Assembly: GCA_964016885.1 (NCBI GenBank)
Contig: OZ024758.1
Span: 2,914,001-2,978,000 of the forward strand
Source of the DNA: Eledone cirrhosa
Taxonomy: Eukaryota
DNA length: 64,000 nucleotides
Direction: 5' to 3'
The first letter of the stretch is position 1. Each line of letters opens with the position of its first letter. Below are positions 1-11,104 of this stretch, one piece after another. The notes below the pieces were generated by a model. It did not search any database. It was not told the DNA's origin and saw only the letters and a list, made by a program, of their open reading frames with translations. The position numbers were made by a program, and so were the translations under genes.

Positions 1-430
1 TAATGCAGAGAGAGAGAGAAATGTAGCGAGAGAGACATAGAGAAATATAGCCGGAGAGAGAGGGAGATGGAGAGAGACGGGGTGGGGGTGATAGATAGAG
101 ATATAGAGTGGAGATGACAGAGAAAACATTAAAGAAACACAAAAACTAAATATCCAACAAGTTATTTTATTTAATTCTTTCTCTATAAACCTACAATGAT
201 TAACATTAATTAAATTTAATTCAAGAGTAATATCTCTTTTTAACCTACTCACAACGGCTCTTGTTAAATAAGTATTTCTTTATGTTACACATTTGATTGA
301 CTTCTATAATAAACAATGTAAATAAAGACTAACTTTACAGGAAATCTTTAGTAAATAATTATTTCAGGTATTGCCTAAATCTATGGAATTTTTTTATTCG
401 TTGATGCGTTATTCACGTCATTATCATTTC

Positions 431-670
431 GGATTGGTGAATTGGCAGTATCAGTAGAGGGTCGGACGCCATGCTTTGTTGCATCGAGTTACGTCCTTTT
501 ACAGTCTGAGTTCAAATCCCGCCGAGGTTATGTTTGCCTTTCATCCTTACGGGGTCGATAAAATAAAGTACCAGTCACGCACTGGTCGATTTAATCAATT
601 TCCCATCCCCTTGAAAAAAAAAAAAAAAAAAAAAAAGATTGCTGGCCTTGTGCCTATATAAGAACTCATT
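431..670 (+). mobile_element. tRNA-derived SINE, family A (long-tail form) with internal poly(A)
   Basis: A-box-like TGGCAGTATCAG, B box GAGTTCAAATCC, central GCCTTTCATCCTTACGGGGTCGATAAAATAAAGTACCAG and tail GCTGGCCTTGTGCC. The same layout recurs about 40 times in the window. Confidence 0.9.
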
Positions 671-672
671 TA

Positions 673-772
673 AGGGTGGTACATTGGCAGTATCGATAGA
701 GGGTCGAACACCCTGCTGTGCAGCATAGAGTTACGGCCCTTTACGGATAACAAATAAACACAAAGAAAAATA
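673..772 (+). mobile_element. SINE A head only plus A-rich tail, flanked by a 13-bp duplication
   Basis: Head similarity at 673-746; AAGAACTCATTTA at 660-672 and 773-785. Confidence 0.7.
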
Positions 773-997
773 AAGAACTCATTTACTTTTCTTCTCTTCA
801 CTACGAAATTTCTGTTATTGCCATTTGAGAAGACAAAGTGAGTCTTGATCTACTGTAAATAGCAGTAGGTTGTCTACCAAATCATAAGCTACAGTTTCAT
901 ATATAGGAAAGATAGATTAAACATTACAGTTCTTAAATCTAAAAGTAAAAGAGTCATGTTTGAAATGAATCATGAGTTTCCTGACTTAACAACATTA

Positions 998-1740
998 ACT
1001 ACTACTACCACCACCATCATCAATACAACTACCACTAAAACCAGCACAACTACTACTAACATCACCATCAATAATACTACTAACACCACCACCACCACCA
1101 CTACTACTAACATTTCTACTACCGCTACTTCCTCTACTACTACTACTACTACCACCACCATCATCAATACAACTACCACTAAAACCAGCACAACTACTAC
1201 TAACATCACCATCAATAATACTACTAACACCACCACCACCACCACTACTACTAACATTTCTACTACCGCTACTTCCTCTACTACTACTACTACCATCACC
1301 ACCATCAATACAACTACCACAAACGCTACTCCTACTACTACCACCACCACCAGCACTACGACTAATAATACCAGTACTAATACTACTACCACCACTATTG
1401 CTACTACAGCAACCATAACCACTACTCCACCTACTAATACTCCTTCCACCACTACCACTACTACTATTCCTTCTACTAATGCTACTACTTCCACCACGAC
1501 TTCTATTTCTTCTACTAATCCTACTACTATCACCACCACTACCACTACTACCAAAAACGCTACCACTACTCCTACTGTTGCTTCTACTAATACTTCCACC
1601 ACTACTGTTACTCCTACTCCAGCTCCTACTAATATAATACTATCACCACTAGTACCACAAACATTAACACTACTCCTACTAATACTACTTCCAACACCAC
1701 CACTATGACAACTCCTACTACCACCATAACTACTACTACA
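998..1740. repeat. Degenerate (ACT/ACC)n trinucleotide array with a 144-bp tandem duplication
   Basis: 1001-1144 is repeated from 1145; this produces the Thr-rich ORF 956-1708. Confidence 0.85.
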
Positions 1741-2470
1741 ATTCTATAATGTTTTAAGCAACTTTTATGTTCCAATATAAGGCTCCTGGACGGAGTTACG
1801 AGTTTGAACTGAGCCGACACTGAATTGGACGCAAGCCAAATAAATGGTAACGAATTTCGTGGAAGGTTTAGTTGTTCGTAGATATTTCGTCAGAGCAGCA
1901 AAATGGACGGCAGTTAATCAAAACTTTTAACATTCTAAAACTTTAGAATTGAATAGATTCGATCGTTTCTCTTGAATAAAAACGCTGGCCCGCCTATCAA
2001 TTATTGACCTTTGGCAAAGTAACAAGCAGCAAAATGATCATCCCACTTACCGCAACATTACCTTCCACTACTATGAACAGTACGATTACCAGGAAACAAA
2101 GCCACTATCACCACCAACAACATCCACCAATACACTATTTTGTAATGTTCAAACTATTTACAGAAACACCAATAATACTTTCAACACTAACAACCAAAGA
2201 AGTATTGACAATAATAGCGTTTTTATTTAACTACATATAAATAGCTTGTATTGTAGGTGATTATTGAAAGTAAGGATGTATTGATGTTCATGCTGGTCTT
2301 AAAAGAACTTAAAGTGGAATTAAATGAAAGCAACTTCACGCAGTAACTGAAAATGGGCAAATTTCAAACAAATGTTTCTCCTGTTTTACAGTAACCGGGC
2401 CATTATCAGTCAAAATCTCAGTTAATAGAATTGATCTTATATGCATACGAATTTTTTGGGAAAATAAAAT

Positions 2471-2516
<46 letters not shown>

Positions 2517-2729
2517 ATATTAGTCTAACGACTCCTTTTATACCATAAATGTGTTTTTATCTTTGCAAGAAATTGTTCTTCTCGCTCCACATAAGGACGT
2601 AACTATTCTCGCTTTTTTCCGTTTATTGCCGGGGAACGTCTTCACAAACCAAAGTATCGTCCCCCTGTTTTCTTTCGGTTGTAAAGTTTTTCGAAATATT
2701 TACTTCTGCGTTCACAGATTGATTTTTTT

Positions 2730-2782
2730 AAGTTTCAGAAGATCCCGTTAAGGGTGAAATCAGCGATTATTTGCTTAAACTT
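2730..2782 (+). ncRNA. Hammerhead-like motif, CAGAAGA-core family
   Basis: AAGTTT-CAGAAGA-TCCC-gttaa-GGGT-GAAA-tca..TGC-TT-AAACTT. Stems I, II and III are present; the core has U4A. Confidence 0.55.
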
Positions 2783-2792
2783 TAATCTGTTT

Positions 2793-2823
<31 letters not shown>

Positions 2824-2824
<1 letters not shown>

Positions 2825-2981
2825 ATAATAATAAATGTGAAGACTAAAATCCAAAGAGTACTCGATAAGGATAAATATATATAAAATATATAAGAACCCT
2901 AGAGCAAATATTTATTAAAATAACAGATTAAAGTTTAAGCAAAGAATCGCTGCTTCCACCCTTAACGGGATCTTCTGAAAC
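2824..2981 (-). mobile_element. Penelope-like pLTR remnant with CAGAAGA hammerhead-like motif (2931-2981) and 3' tail
   Basis: Inverted copy of 2730-2800. The tail ATCGAGTACTCTTTGGATTTTAGTCTTC is shared with 8828-8860, 8951-8975 and 14411-14460, and the element is flanked by (TA)n. Confidence 0.6.
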
Positions 2982-3080
2982 AGAATATTAATACATATAT
3001 ATATATATATGAAGAGGACATGTTTTGCTTTATGTTATACAAAAACCTGTACAGCTTCGAAATATATATAACAAAATAAA

Positions 3081-3221
3081 TAGAGTTACGTCCCTTTATG
3101 ATCCGAGTTCAAATCCAGCCGAGGTTAACTTTACCTTTCATCCTTACGGGATTGATAAAATAAAGTACCAGTAATGTAAAGGGTAATTGCTCTCCTTGTG
3201 CCAAAATTAGAAACAATTATT
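3081..3221 (+). mobile_element. SINE A, 5'-truncated
   Basis: B box, central domain and tail present. Confidence 0.85.
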
Positions 3222-3766
3222 TGTATAACTCTTCATCGTGTCTTCAACGTAAACAATACGTTATTGAACACATCATCAAACTTCTTCAGTGTCCGGGATG
3301 AGGTTTTCAGGCCAAATTTTTCCGTTAATATATAAACACGTTTTATCAGTTTAGAGAGTAAAATATTTCTGTTAGACCGCAAAATATATAGGTGTGCTGA
3401 TAGATAACGATTCGAACTAAATTAATTAGGTTTAGTGTATCGTAATGTTGCAGCTATATATATCCCACCACCAACTTCTTTCTGTAAATTACTTTCTGTC
3501 AGGTGAAACTACCCATATTTCTACGCAAATGAGAATAGGGATTAATCTTTAAAATTTTTGTAAACAGGTGTGCTACAGCCTATGACTATATAATCCCTTA
3601 AACCAAAGCCTCTACCACCACCATCAGAACCAGCACCACCATCGACAAAACTGCATTCACACATCAAACGACTTGAACCATATCTTTGTGCTACATTGCT
3701 ATCTAAGATATTTCTCGTGAGGATAGTTGGTATCAGCGGCCGTGTCAAGAATATTATCGACAACGT

Positions 3767-4195
3767 TATCATCATCACCATCATTAATAATATCATCATC
3801 ATCATCACCATCACCATCATTACTACTATCATCATCATCATCACCATCACTATTAATACCATAAACATCACCATCATCATTATCACCCATCAATACCACC
3901 ATCATCATCACCATCACTATTAATTCCACAATCATTATCACCATTAATACCATAATCCTCACCATCACCACCATCATCATCATCATCATCATCACCACCA
4001 TCAACAGCATCACCATCATCACCATTACCACCATCTTCATCCCTGTTAATATCATCCTCATTGCCACCATCGTTACCACAATCGTCATCACCACCATCAC
4101 TATTAATACCATAATCATCATCGTCATCATCATCACCATCATTATCAGCATCATCATCACCACCATCATCGTCACCACCACTATCATCATTATTA
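3767..4195. repeat. (ATC/ACC)n degenerate microsatellite
   Basis: Direct inspection. Confidence 0.9.
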
Positions 4196-4206
4196 ATAGC
4201 ATGATA

Positions 4207-4398
4207 GGGCAGTGGATTGGCAGTATCGGTAGAAGGTCGGACGCCATGCTTTCCAGCATAGTTACGTCCCTTTACGATCTGAGTTCAAATCCCGCCGAGG
4301 TTGACTTTGCCTTTCATCCTTACGGGGTCGATAAAATAAAGTACCAGTAATGCACTGGGTAATTTGCTGGCCTTGTGCCTAAAGTAGAAACAATTATT
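4207..4398 (+). mobile_element. SINE A, full length, short-tail form, 17-bp TSD
   Basis: ATTATTAATAGCATGAT at 4189-4205 and 4393-4409. Confidence 0.95.
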
Positions 4399-4557
4399 AA
4401 TAGCATGATCATCATAAACATCAACTTTAGCAACAATAGTATTAGCAACAGGACTAGCAACGCTGTGTTGTGTCCTTCAGCATACATTTTATTTCACGAA
4501 CCCAAACACCTAACACATTCATCGTTGCAACCGCCGGAGGTCCAACAACAAACACAC

Positions 4558-4602
<45 letters not shown>

Positions 4603-4614
4603 ATAACAAATGAC

Positions 4615-4802
4615 GTGTGGTAAGGAACCAGGTGGACCATAACGCACCAGAGTACTCGATATTTACGGTAGTAGAGTGGGTAATAGGAAAAGAGTCAGGA
4701 CCCCGACGGCTGAGCTCCGGCCGTTTCGACAGCTAGATCCGAAGTGTTCGGATCTAGCTGTCGAAATGGCCGGAGCTCAGCCGTTAGGGTCCTGAATCTT
4801 TT

Positions 4803-4807
<5 letters not shown>
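4615..4807. mobile_element. Fold-back element family B (half-hammerhead palindrome)
   Basis: Inverted repeat 4683-4807 centred at about 4745. The arm consensus reads GCTGTC-GAAAC-GGC..GCC-GTC-GGGGTC. The element lies between (TA)n tracts. Confidence 0.8.
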
Positions 4808-4853
<46 letters not shown>

Positions 4854-4863
4854 CAAAGGAATT

Positions 4864-5060
4864 GTGGTAAGGAACCAGATGTACTATAACGCACCAGAGT
4901 ACTCAATAGTTAGGGTAGTAGAGTGGGAAATAAGAGCAAGTATGACCCCGACGGCAGAGCTCAAGCCATTTCGACGGCTATTTCTGGACTAAATTATAAT
5001 TTAGTCCAGAAATAGCTGTCGAAACGCCTTGAGCTCTGCCGTCGGGGTCATACTTTTTCC
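4864..5060. mobile_element. Fold-back element family B, second subfamily
   Basis: Inverted repeat 4938-5055 centred at 4996/4997, with the same tail as 4615-4690. Confidence 0.8.
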
Positions 5061-5175
5061 TATATATATATATATATAATGTCGGCCACACTCTACTATC
5101 CTATATATCGAGGACTTTTGAATAATGGCCTTATTAGTCTCAAACTGGTTTTATCTGGTATATATATATATATAT

Positions 5176-5265
5176 ATGGCAGCGATAATGAGGGACAGAG
5201 ACCGCTGGAGAGAACTCGTCCATGGATCTCGGGAATTTTACCCGCCTTAGATAGATAGATAGATA
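5176..5265 (+). mobile_element. RTE-clade LINE extreme 3' end
   Basis: Translates MAAIMRDRDRWRELVHGSREFYPP* followed by (ATAG)n; near-identical to the reverse complement of 14221-14291. Confidence 0.8.
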
Positions 5266-5494
5266 TATATACAGGCAGAAGATAGATAGAATGATAGATT
5301 GAGTGAATGATGGATAGATAGATTGAGAGAGTGAGAAGGAGATCAAATATATATATATATATATATATGCATATTATACACAATATGATGAAAGAAAGAG
5401 CGAGTGGATGTTATCGTGAGAGCGTTTGTGAAAGAGAAGTATGTATGTGCGTTGGTGAAAGGGACGGCGAGAGATAAAAAAAAGAGAGCGATGT

Positions 5495-5845
5495 AGAGAA
5501 AGAGAGCAAGAGAGAGAGAGAGAAAGAGAACGAGAGAGTGAGAGAGAAAGAGAACGAGAGTGTGAGAGAGATAGAAAGAGAACGAGAGAGTGAGAGCGAG
5601 AGAAAGAGAACGAGAGAGAGAGAGAGAGAGAGAAAGAGAACGAGAGAGAGAGAGAGAGAGAACGAGAGAGTGAGAGCGAGAGAAAGAGAACGAGAGAGTG
5701 ATAGAGAGAGAGAAAGAGAAATAGAGAGAAACACACACAGAGAAAGAGAGCGAGAGAGAGACAGAGATAAAGAGAGGCGAGAGGTGAGAGAGAGAGAAAG
5801 AAAGAAGGAGCGAGAGATAGAACGGAAAAGAGAGAAAGAGAGTAA
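5495..5845. repeat. (GA)n-rich compound microsatellite with recurring GAAAGAGAACGAGAGAG units
   Basis: Direct inspection. Confidence 0.9.
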
Positions 5846-6497
5846 AATGCAAAGGGATCTTCATATATAGTTAAAGGAAAGATGAAAGAACGAAGAAGTG
5901 AGTGATGGTGGTAAGGAGCAAGATGGCGCGAAGGGAGTAGAACACTGAAGAGAAATAGAGGTGACTAATCGATATGCAGAACATGTAGAATCCTTACTGA
6001 TCAATTTTCCTGTTGGTAAGGGATGAAAACCAATAAAGCCCGAAGGAAACCATCCGTTGAAATTTAGATGATTTTAATGAGATTACTGAAAGCGGAAACT
6101 TTATATCTTTCTCCTTTGAAAACCATGTGATATCAACTAACACCCGAGAGTAGCAATAGAGTTCGTTTGGAGGTAGTGCTATAGATATCACAGGCTATAC
6201 ACTTGATGGGTGATTTAAATCCAGATTATAACCCTCATGTATTTTCCACTAACGCACCATTTTATAGATTTTTTGATGGAGATAAACACACTACGTTCAA
6301 CAGAGCAACGCTTTGCTCCGATTTTCGTTAATTTTCAAAAGGTCTATCCATTATATTCACTCTCTCACAACACTACATAATACACACGAGGGATGAGGTC
6401 ATTAGAAGACGCCATGGAGAGAAGCTAGCCATATTTGTTGAGATGTTAGCTGGAAGTATGTCTCAGAGCATATTTTAACCAAGATCGATGATATAAT

Positions 6498-6856
6498 AAT
6501 AATTGTTTCTACTTTTAGCACAAGGCCAGTAATTTTGGCGGAGGGTCAGGGTAAAGTCGATTGAATTGACCCCAGTACATTACTGTTTTTTTATTTTACC
6601 GACCCCGTAAGGATGAAAGGCTAAGCTAGCCTTAGTGGGATTTGAACTCAGAACGTAAAGGGCCATAACTATATGCCACAAAGCATGTGTCCGTCGCTCT
6701 ACCGATACTGCCAGTCCACTACCCATGCTAATAATAAAAATTGTTTCTACAATTGCCAGAAGGCCAGCGATTTAAATGGAAGGGGATAGTCGATTGAATC
6801 GAACTCAGTGCATTACTGGTACTTTTTTTATCGAATATGTAAGGATGAAAGGCAAA
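6498..6856 (-). mobile_element. Two tandem SINE A copies (full 6498-6724; 3' part 6739-6856)
   Basis: Reverse-complement family motifs. Confidence 0.9.
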
Positions 6857-7085
6857 TAATAATAATAATACAAACTAGAATTTACAGGGATCGATTCTTG
6901 AAGATATAGTAATATCGCACCGTCATTGGGTCGTTACTACACACACACACACGCGCGCACACGCACGTGAAGAAGAACAGCCGATTGAACAGGGCTTTCG
7001 AGACTAGAAATAAGTAGTAACTTAGCCATTACCATGCTAGTCGACACAGCATCTCTATCGATCAGTCGACCCGCTGAAACGATCG

Positions 7086-7202
7086 TCATAAAATGCAGCG
7101 GTGTTGAGGCTGCGCCCGCCCCGTGGACAAGATCACGAAAGCATTCCCGTGGGCGATGGCCAGCGACACCCGCTGCACCTGCCACACCACTTCACGGGAC
7201 TC
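7086..7202 (-). mobile_element. CRE-like non-LTR retrotransposon, C-terminal RLE-domain remnant
   Basis: Minus strand translates ESREVVWQVQRVSLAIAHGNAFVILSTGRAQPQHRCIL*, matching the QRxSxAIxxGNA motif of CRE-type elements. Confidence 0.75.
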
Positions 7203-7896
7203 CTTTCTGAAAGAACATCACATAAAAGACTATTATATCTATCAACTAAAATGTAGACTGAAAGGAAACTGGTGATAGACTGCGTCAGCTACAATTATTT
7301 GACGAATTGATACATGGAAGTCGTGTGCAGAAACTAGCGATTCGGGCATTTGGCTTTCATCTTTATGTTCAGAATATTTAAAAGCTGACAGCGCTACTTC
7401 CTCCCTTTCTTTCCACCACAGATGAAGGGCAAACCTAGAGAGATTAGATTCCAGACATTCTATGGTAATTTGAATGATCAACCTCTCCAAATATCATCAC
7501 ATCTAAATCTTGAGGTGTAATGAAATTAATCAATTAAAATTGTGCATTTGATGTCACTTTAAACACTGGCCAATATTTAATGTTTTATTACTAAACTACG
7601 CTTCAGCTACATCATAATATCTACAGGTATGTTGTACAATTTTTATAGCAGCGCAGTTAACAATTTTCACACACACATTAATGAAGTGGGAATTGATTAA
7701 ATATTTAAATATGTCTAGTATTGCTTCTCTCTTATCCTTAATGACCGCAAATGTAATCTTAATACAATATATACTATTAACTGATTATTATCGACTCCAC
7801 TAATTTAGCGTCCATTACGCAACTTTATAAATATCGCATTGAACCATATGGGAAACACTCTACACATATCTTCAACATCCGCAGTAACGCTCAAGT

Positions 7897-8512
7897 TGGA
7901 CGCCATGCTTTGCAGCATAGAATCACGACCCTTCACGTCCAAGCGTTCAAACCCCACTGAGGTTAACTTTGCCTTTCATCCTTACGGGGTCGATACAATA
8001 AAGTACCAGTAATGCACTGACGTCTATTTAATCGACGTCGCCTCTTCTCCCCAAAATTGCAAGCCTTGTGCCTATATAAGACAGTATTATTATCCGCAAT
8101 AACGGTAGAGAGCCGGACGCCATCTTTGCAGCGTAAAATCACGACCCTTTACGGTCTGCGTTCAAAGCCCACTGAGGTTAACTTTGCCTTTCATCCTTAC
8201 AGGGTTGATACAATAAAGCACCAGTAATGCACTGGGGTCGATTTAATCGACTTTCCCCTCACCCCAAATTGCTGGCCTTGTTCCTAAAGTAGAAACAATG
8301 ATCATTATTAGTCACTATGGGCGGTTGATTGGCAGTATCGGTAGAGGGTCGGATGCCATGCTTTGACGTATAGAGTTACGGCCCTTGCCATTCTGAGTTC
8401 AAATCCCGCCGAGGTTAACTTTGCCTTTCATCCTTACGGGGTCGATAAAATAAAGTACCAGTAATGCACTGGGTAATTGCTGGCCTTGTGCCAAAAGTAG
8501 AAACAATTATTA
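7897..8512 (+). mobile_element. Head-to-tail cluster of three SINE A copies (7897-8090, 8103-8300, 8319-8512)
   Basis: The third copy has the 17-bp TSD ATTATTAGTCACTATGG at 8304-8320 and 8506-8522. Confidence 0.95.
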
Positions 8513-8672
8513 GTCACTATGGTGTTTCAGCATAGTTTAGTTATTTCTATTTTCAGATCTCCAATTTTGGGGTTCTTTCCCATTCACTGCATTTATGCGA
8601 GTGCGCGTGCGCACACACGTGCGTATGTATGTGTGCATGTATCGGTGTGTAATAATGTATGTGTATATATAT

Positions 8673-8862
8673 ATTAAAATAACAGTTTAAGCAAAGAATC
8701 GCTGCTTTCACCCTTCACGGGATCTTCTGAAGAACCCGTCAAGGGTGAAAGCAGCGATTCTTTGCTTAAACTTTAATCTGTTATTTTAATAAATATTTGC
8801 TCTAGGGTTCTTATATATTTGATATATATCGAGCCCTCTTTGGATTTTGGTCTTGAAATTTA
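8673..8862. mobile_element. Palindromic copy of the CAGAAGA-family element with canonical hammerhead core at 8727-8770
   Basis: Inverted repeat centred on T8728. The plus strand reads CTGAAGA-ACCC-gtcaa-GGGT-GAAA-GCA..TGC-TT. Confidence 0.7.
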
Positions 8863-8877
8863 TATATATATATATAT

Positions 8878-8987
8878 TTATTAAAATAACAGATTAAAGT
8901 TTAAGCAAAGAATCGCTGCTTTTACCCTTAACGGGATCTTCTGAAACTAACTTTTTGGATTTTAGTCTTCAATTTTATTATTATTAC

Positions 8988-8990
<3 letters not shown>
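8878..8990 (-). mobile_element. CAGAAGA-family element plus oppositely oriented tail
   Basis: Near-identical to 2911-2981; flanked by (TA)n. Confidence 0.7.
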
Positions 8991-9025
<35 letters not shown>

Positions 9026-9059
9026 TAGTTGTATATCGGAGACGATCTCATATACTAAG

Positions 9060-9152
9060 CATATCTGACGACCTTTCGATTACAGAGTCAGGCAGGTTCG
9101 ATCTATAATAGTCTTTCCTCGAGCTGATCGATAGTGAAACATATGTAATATG
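9060..9152 (+). ncRNA. Type I hammerhead ribozyme motif with long stem II
   Basis: CATAT-CTGACGA-[64 nt, cctttcgatta/tgatcgatagt partial pairing]-GAAAC-atat-GTA-ATATG. Confidence 0.65.
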
Positions 9153-9339
9153 GTATTTAATATGTTATGATGCGACACTGAATCCTTGTTCCTTATAGTA
9201 TATATACACACACACACATACATACACACATTAAGATTTAATATAGAAATATCTTCTACAGGACTAGAACTGTTTTATTCAAAGGATGATGATTCCCTTC
9301 GAACGGAACAGTTCACGTCCTGTAGAAGCCATCTCTATC

Positions 9340-9356
9340 TCTCTGAGAAAGAGAGA

Positions 9357-9415
<59 letters not shown>
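9340..9415. repeat. (GA)n microsatellite
   Basis: Direct inspection. Confidence 0.95.
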
Positions 9416-9417
<2 letters not shown>

Positions 9418-11069
9418 GTGTATGTAAGTGATTGCTGCTAGCTGTAATTGGTACATTCATTAGCAGGAATTTATTTTCTCAGGCTGTGGATTGGGGATTG
9501 ACATGCTTAATTCGCCGTGTTGCCTTAACCGACTTCACTTAGAAAATCGGCATGTCTTACAACATGATCACTGGGGAAGTTGTATTGCTTTAATTTCAAT
9601 GAAGCTGTAATAATATTGGTATAATTTCTATTGTATGAAAACTAAAGCTGTCATATATTTCTGTGTATCCTATTATTATTAGATGTTATATTAATTCAAC
9701 CATACATATTAAACTATTTGATGTATATACCAAGTCATATCATTTGTATGCCTTCTGGTAATATCAAAAATACACACTTCAAAATATTCTACCTGTAATA
9801 TAATGTTTGATATTAGTTATCCATACACAACACACTATTCGAAACACAATCCTACAGATTGTCCTTTGCAGGTCGTTTTCAATTCATCTATTATTAAAAA
9901 TCCAACTATATGATAAACAAAATATTGTAGGCTTCGAAAAAAATTTAGGTTTTATGCTAATGCAATAAATTTTCATATGGCGTTTGAAAAGAAGACAGAG
10001 ATAAGTTTACAAACTTATTTACTGTGGTGATAAATCCCACACATTCGAATAATAACCGATACACATTTTTTATGTAATTCTAATCCCAAAGCAAATAGAC
10101 TAGGAACTACTTCACTGTCGGCAATAATTTACAGTTACATAGGCGCCAAACATAGTAGTGAAGGGGATAGAAAAACTATACACGGCTCTTTGATGTTTGT
10201 TTGATAACGAAGAGGAAACGACTTAGTAATATTGCTAGATATTGTTAGCAAATAATTGTAATGGATATATTTAACAACTACAAAAAGCAAACAAAACCAC
10301 CACCACCACTAATAATAATAATATTAATAATAATAGAAAAATATTTGCTTGTTGCTAGGATAGCAACTCTGGCGTCAGTTAGATTACACTTTCAATCAAA
10401 ATTGAAAAATAGAGGAAAACTAAGTCTTATGCATCGGTTGTATTCGATTCAACATTCACGAATCTATCCATACTGAAGGAAATCTGAATAAAGAAGCAAA
10501 CGGATAAATGTGATAGGGAAAAAATGTATTCTTATGCAATTTTAGTGTATAACGTTCATGTTATGATTCGATTTATACTGACTCGAAACAACTGAAGACA
10601 GCAGATAATTGTGAACCAATTTTCACAAGAGCACACACTCATATTCATGTATTTGTCTAGATATTCTTAGGTACGTTTCTATATATGTGAGAGCCTATCT
10701 ATCTCTCTCTAAATATTTGTATTTGGCAATTGCGATGAAATATACGGACATATTACAAATCTATCACTCGGTTCAGTTATTAATCTATATATTGATTTTT
10801 GTTGTGGCTATAGCACTTCAATCGATACGTCAGGATAATCTAAATATATTGGCAATTATGGAAGCATATATTCCCATTCATACACATATCTAAATGTGAT
10901 TCTTTATATACAATTCACACACAAACTCAGATGCCCACGCCTGCACATAACACGCACATGAATAGTCATTAACCCCCCCCCCCTCTCCGTATATAGACCC
11001 CCCCACATACATACACACAACGCACACACAACCACAACCACACACATACTTACATACATATTGTGAGTG

Positions 11070-11104
<35 letters not shown>

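Noticed and set aside
3542-4259. Met/Val/Ile/Asp-rich ORFs
   Set aside because: These are translations of (ATC)n plus SINE sequence.
5343-5870. Ser/Leu and Glu/Arg-rich ORFs (also 20917-21486)
   Set aside because: These are translations of (GA)n/(TC)n tracts.
7040-7092. GAAACGATCGTC half-hammerhead
   Set aside because: There is no upstream CUGANGA, and it lies antisense to the CRE remnant's stop region.
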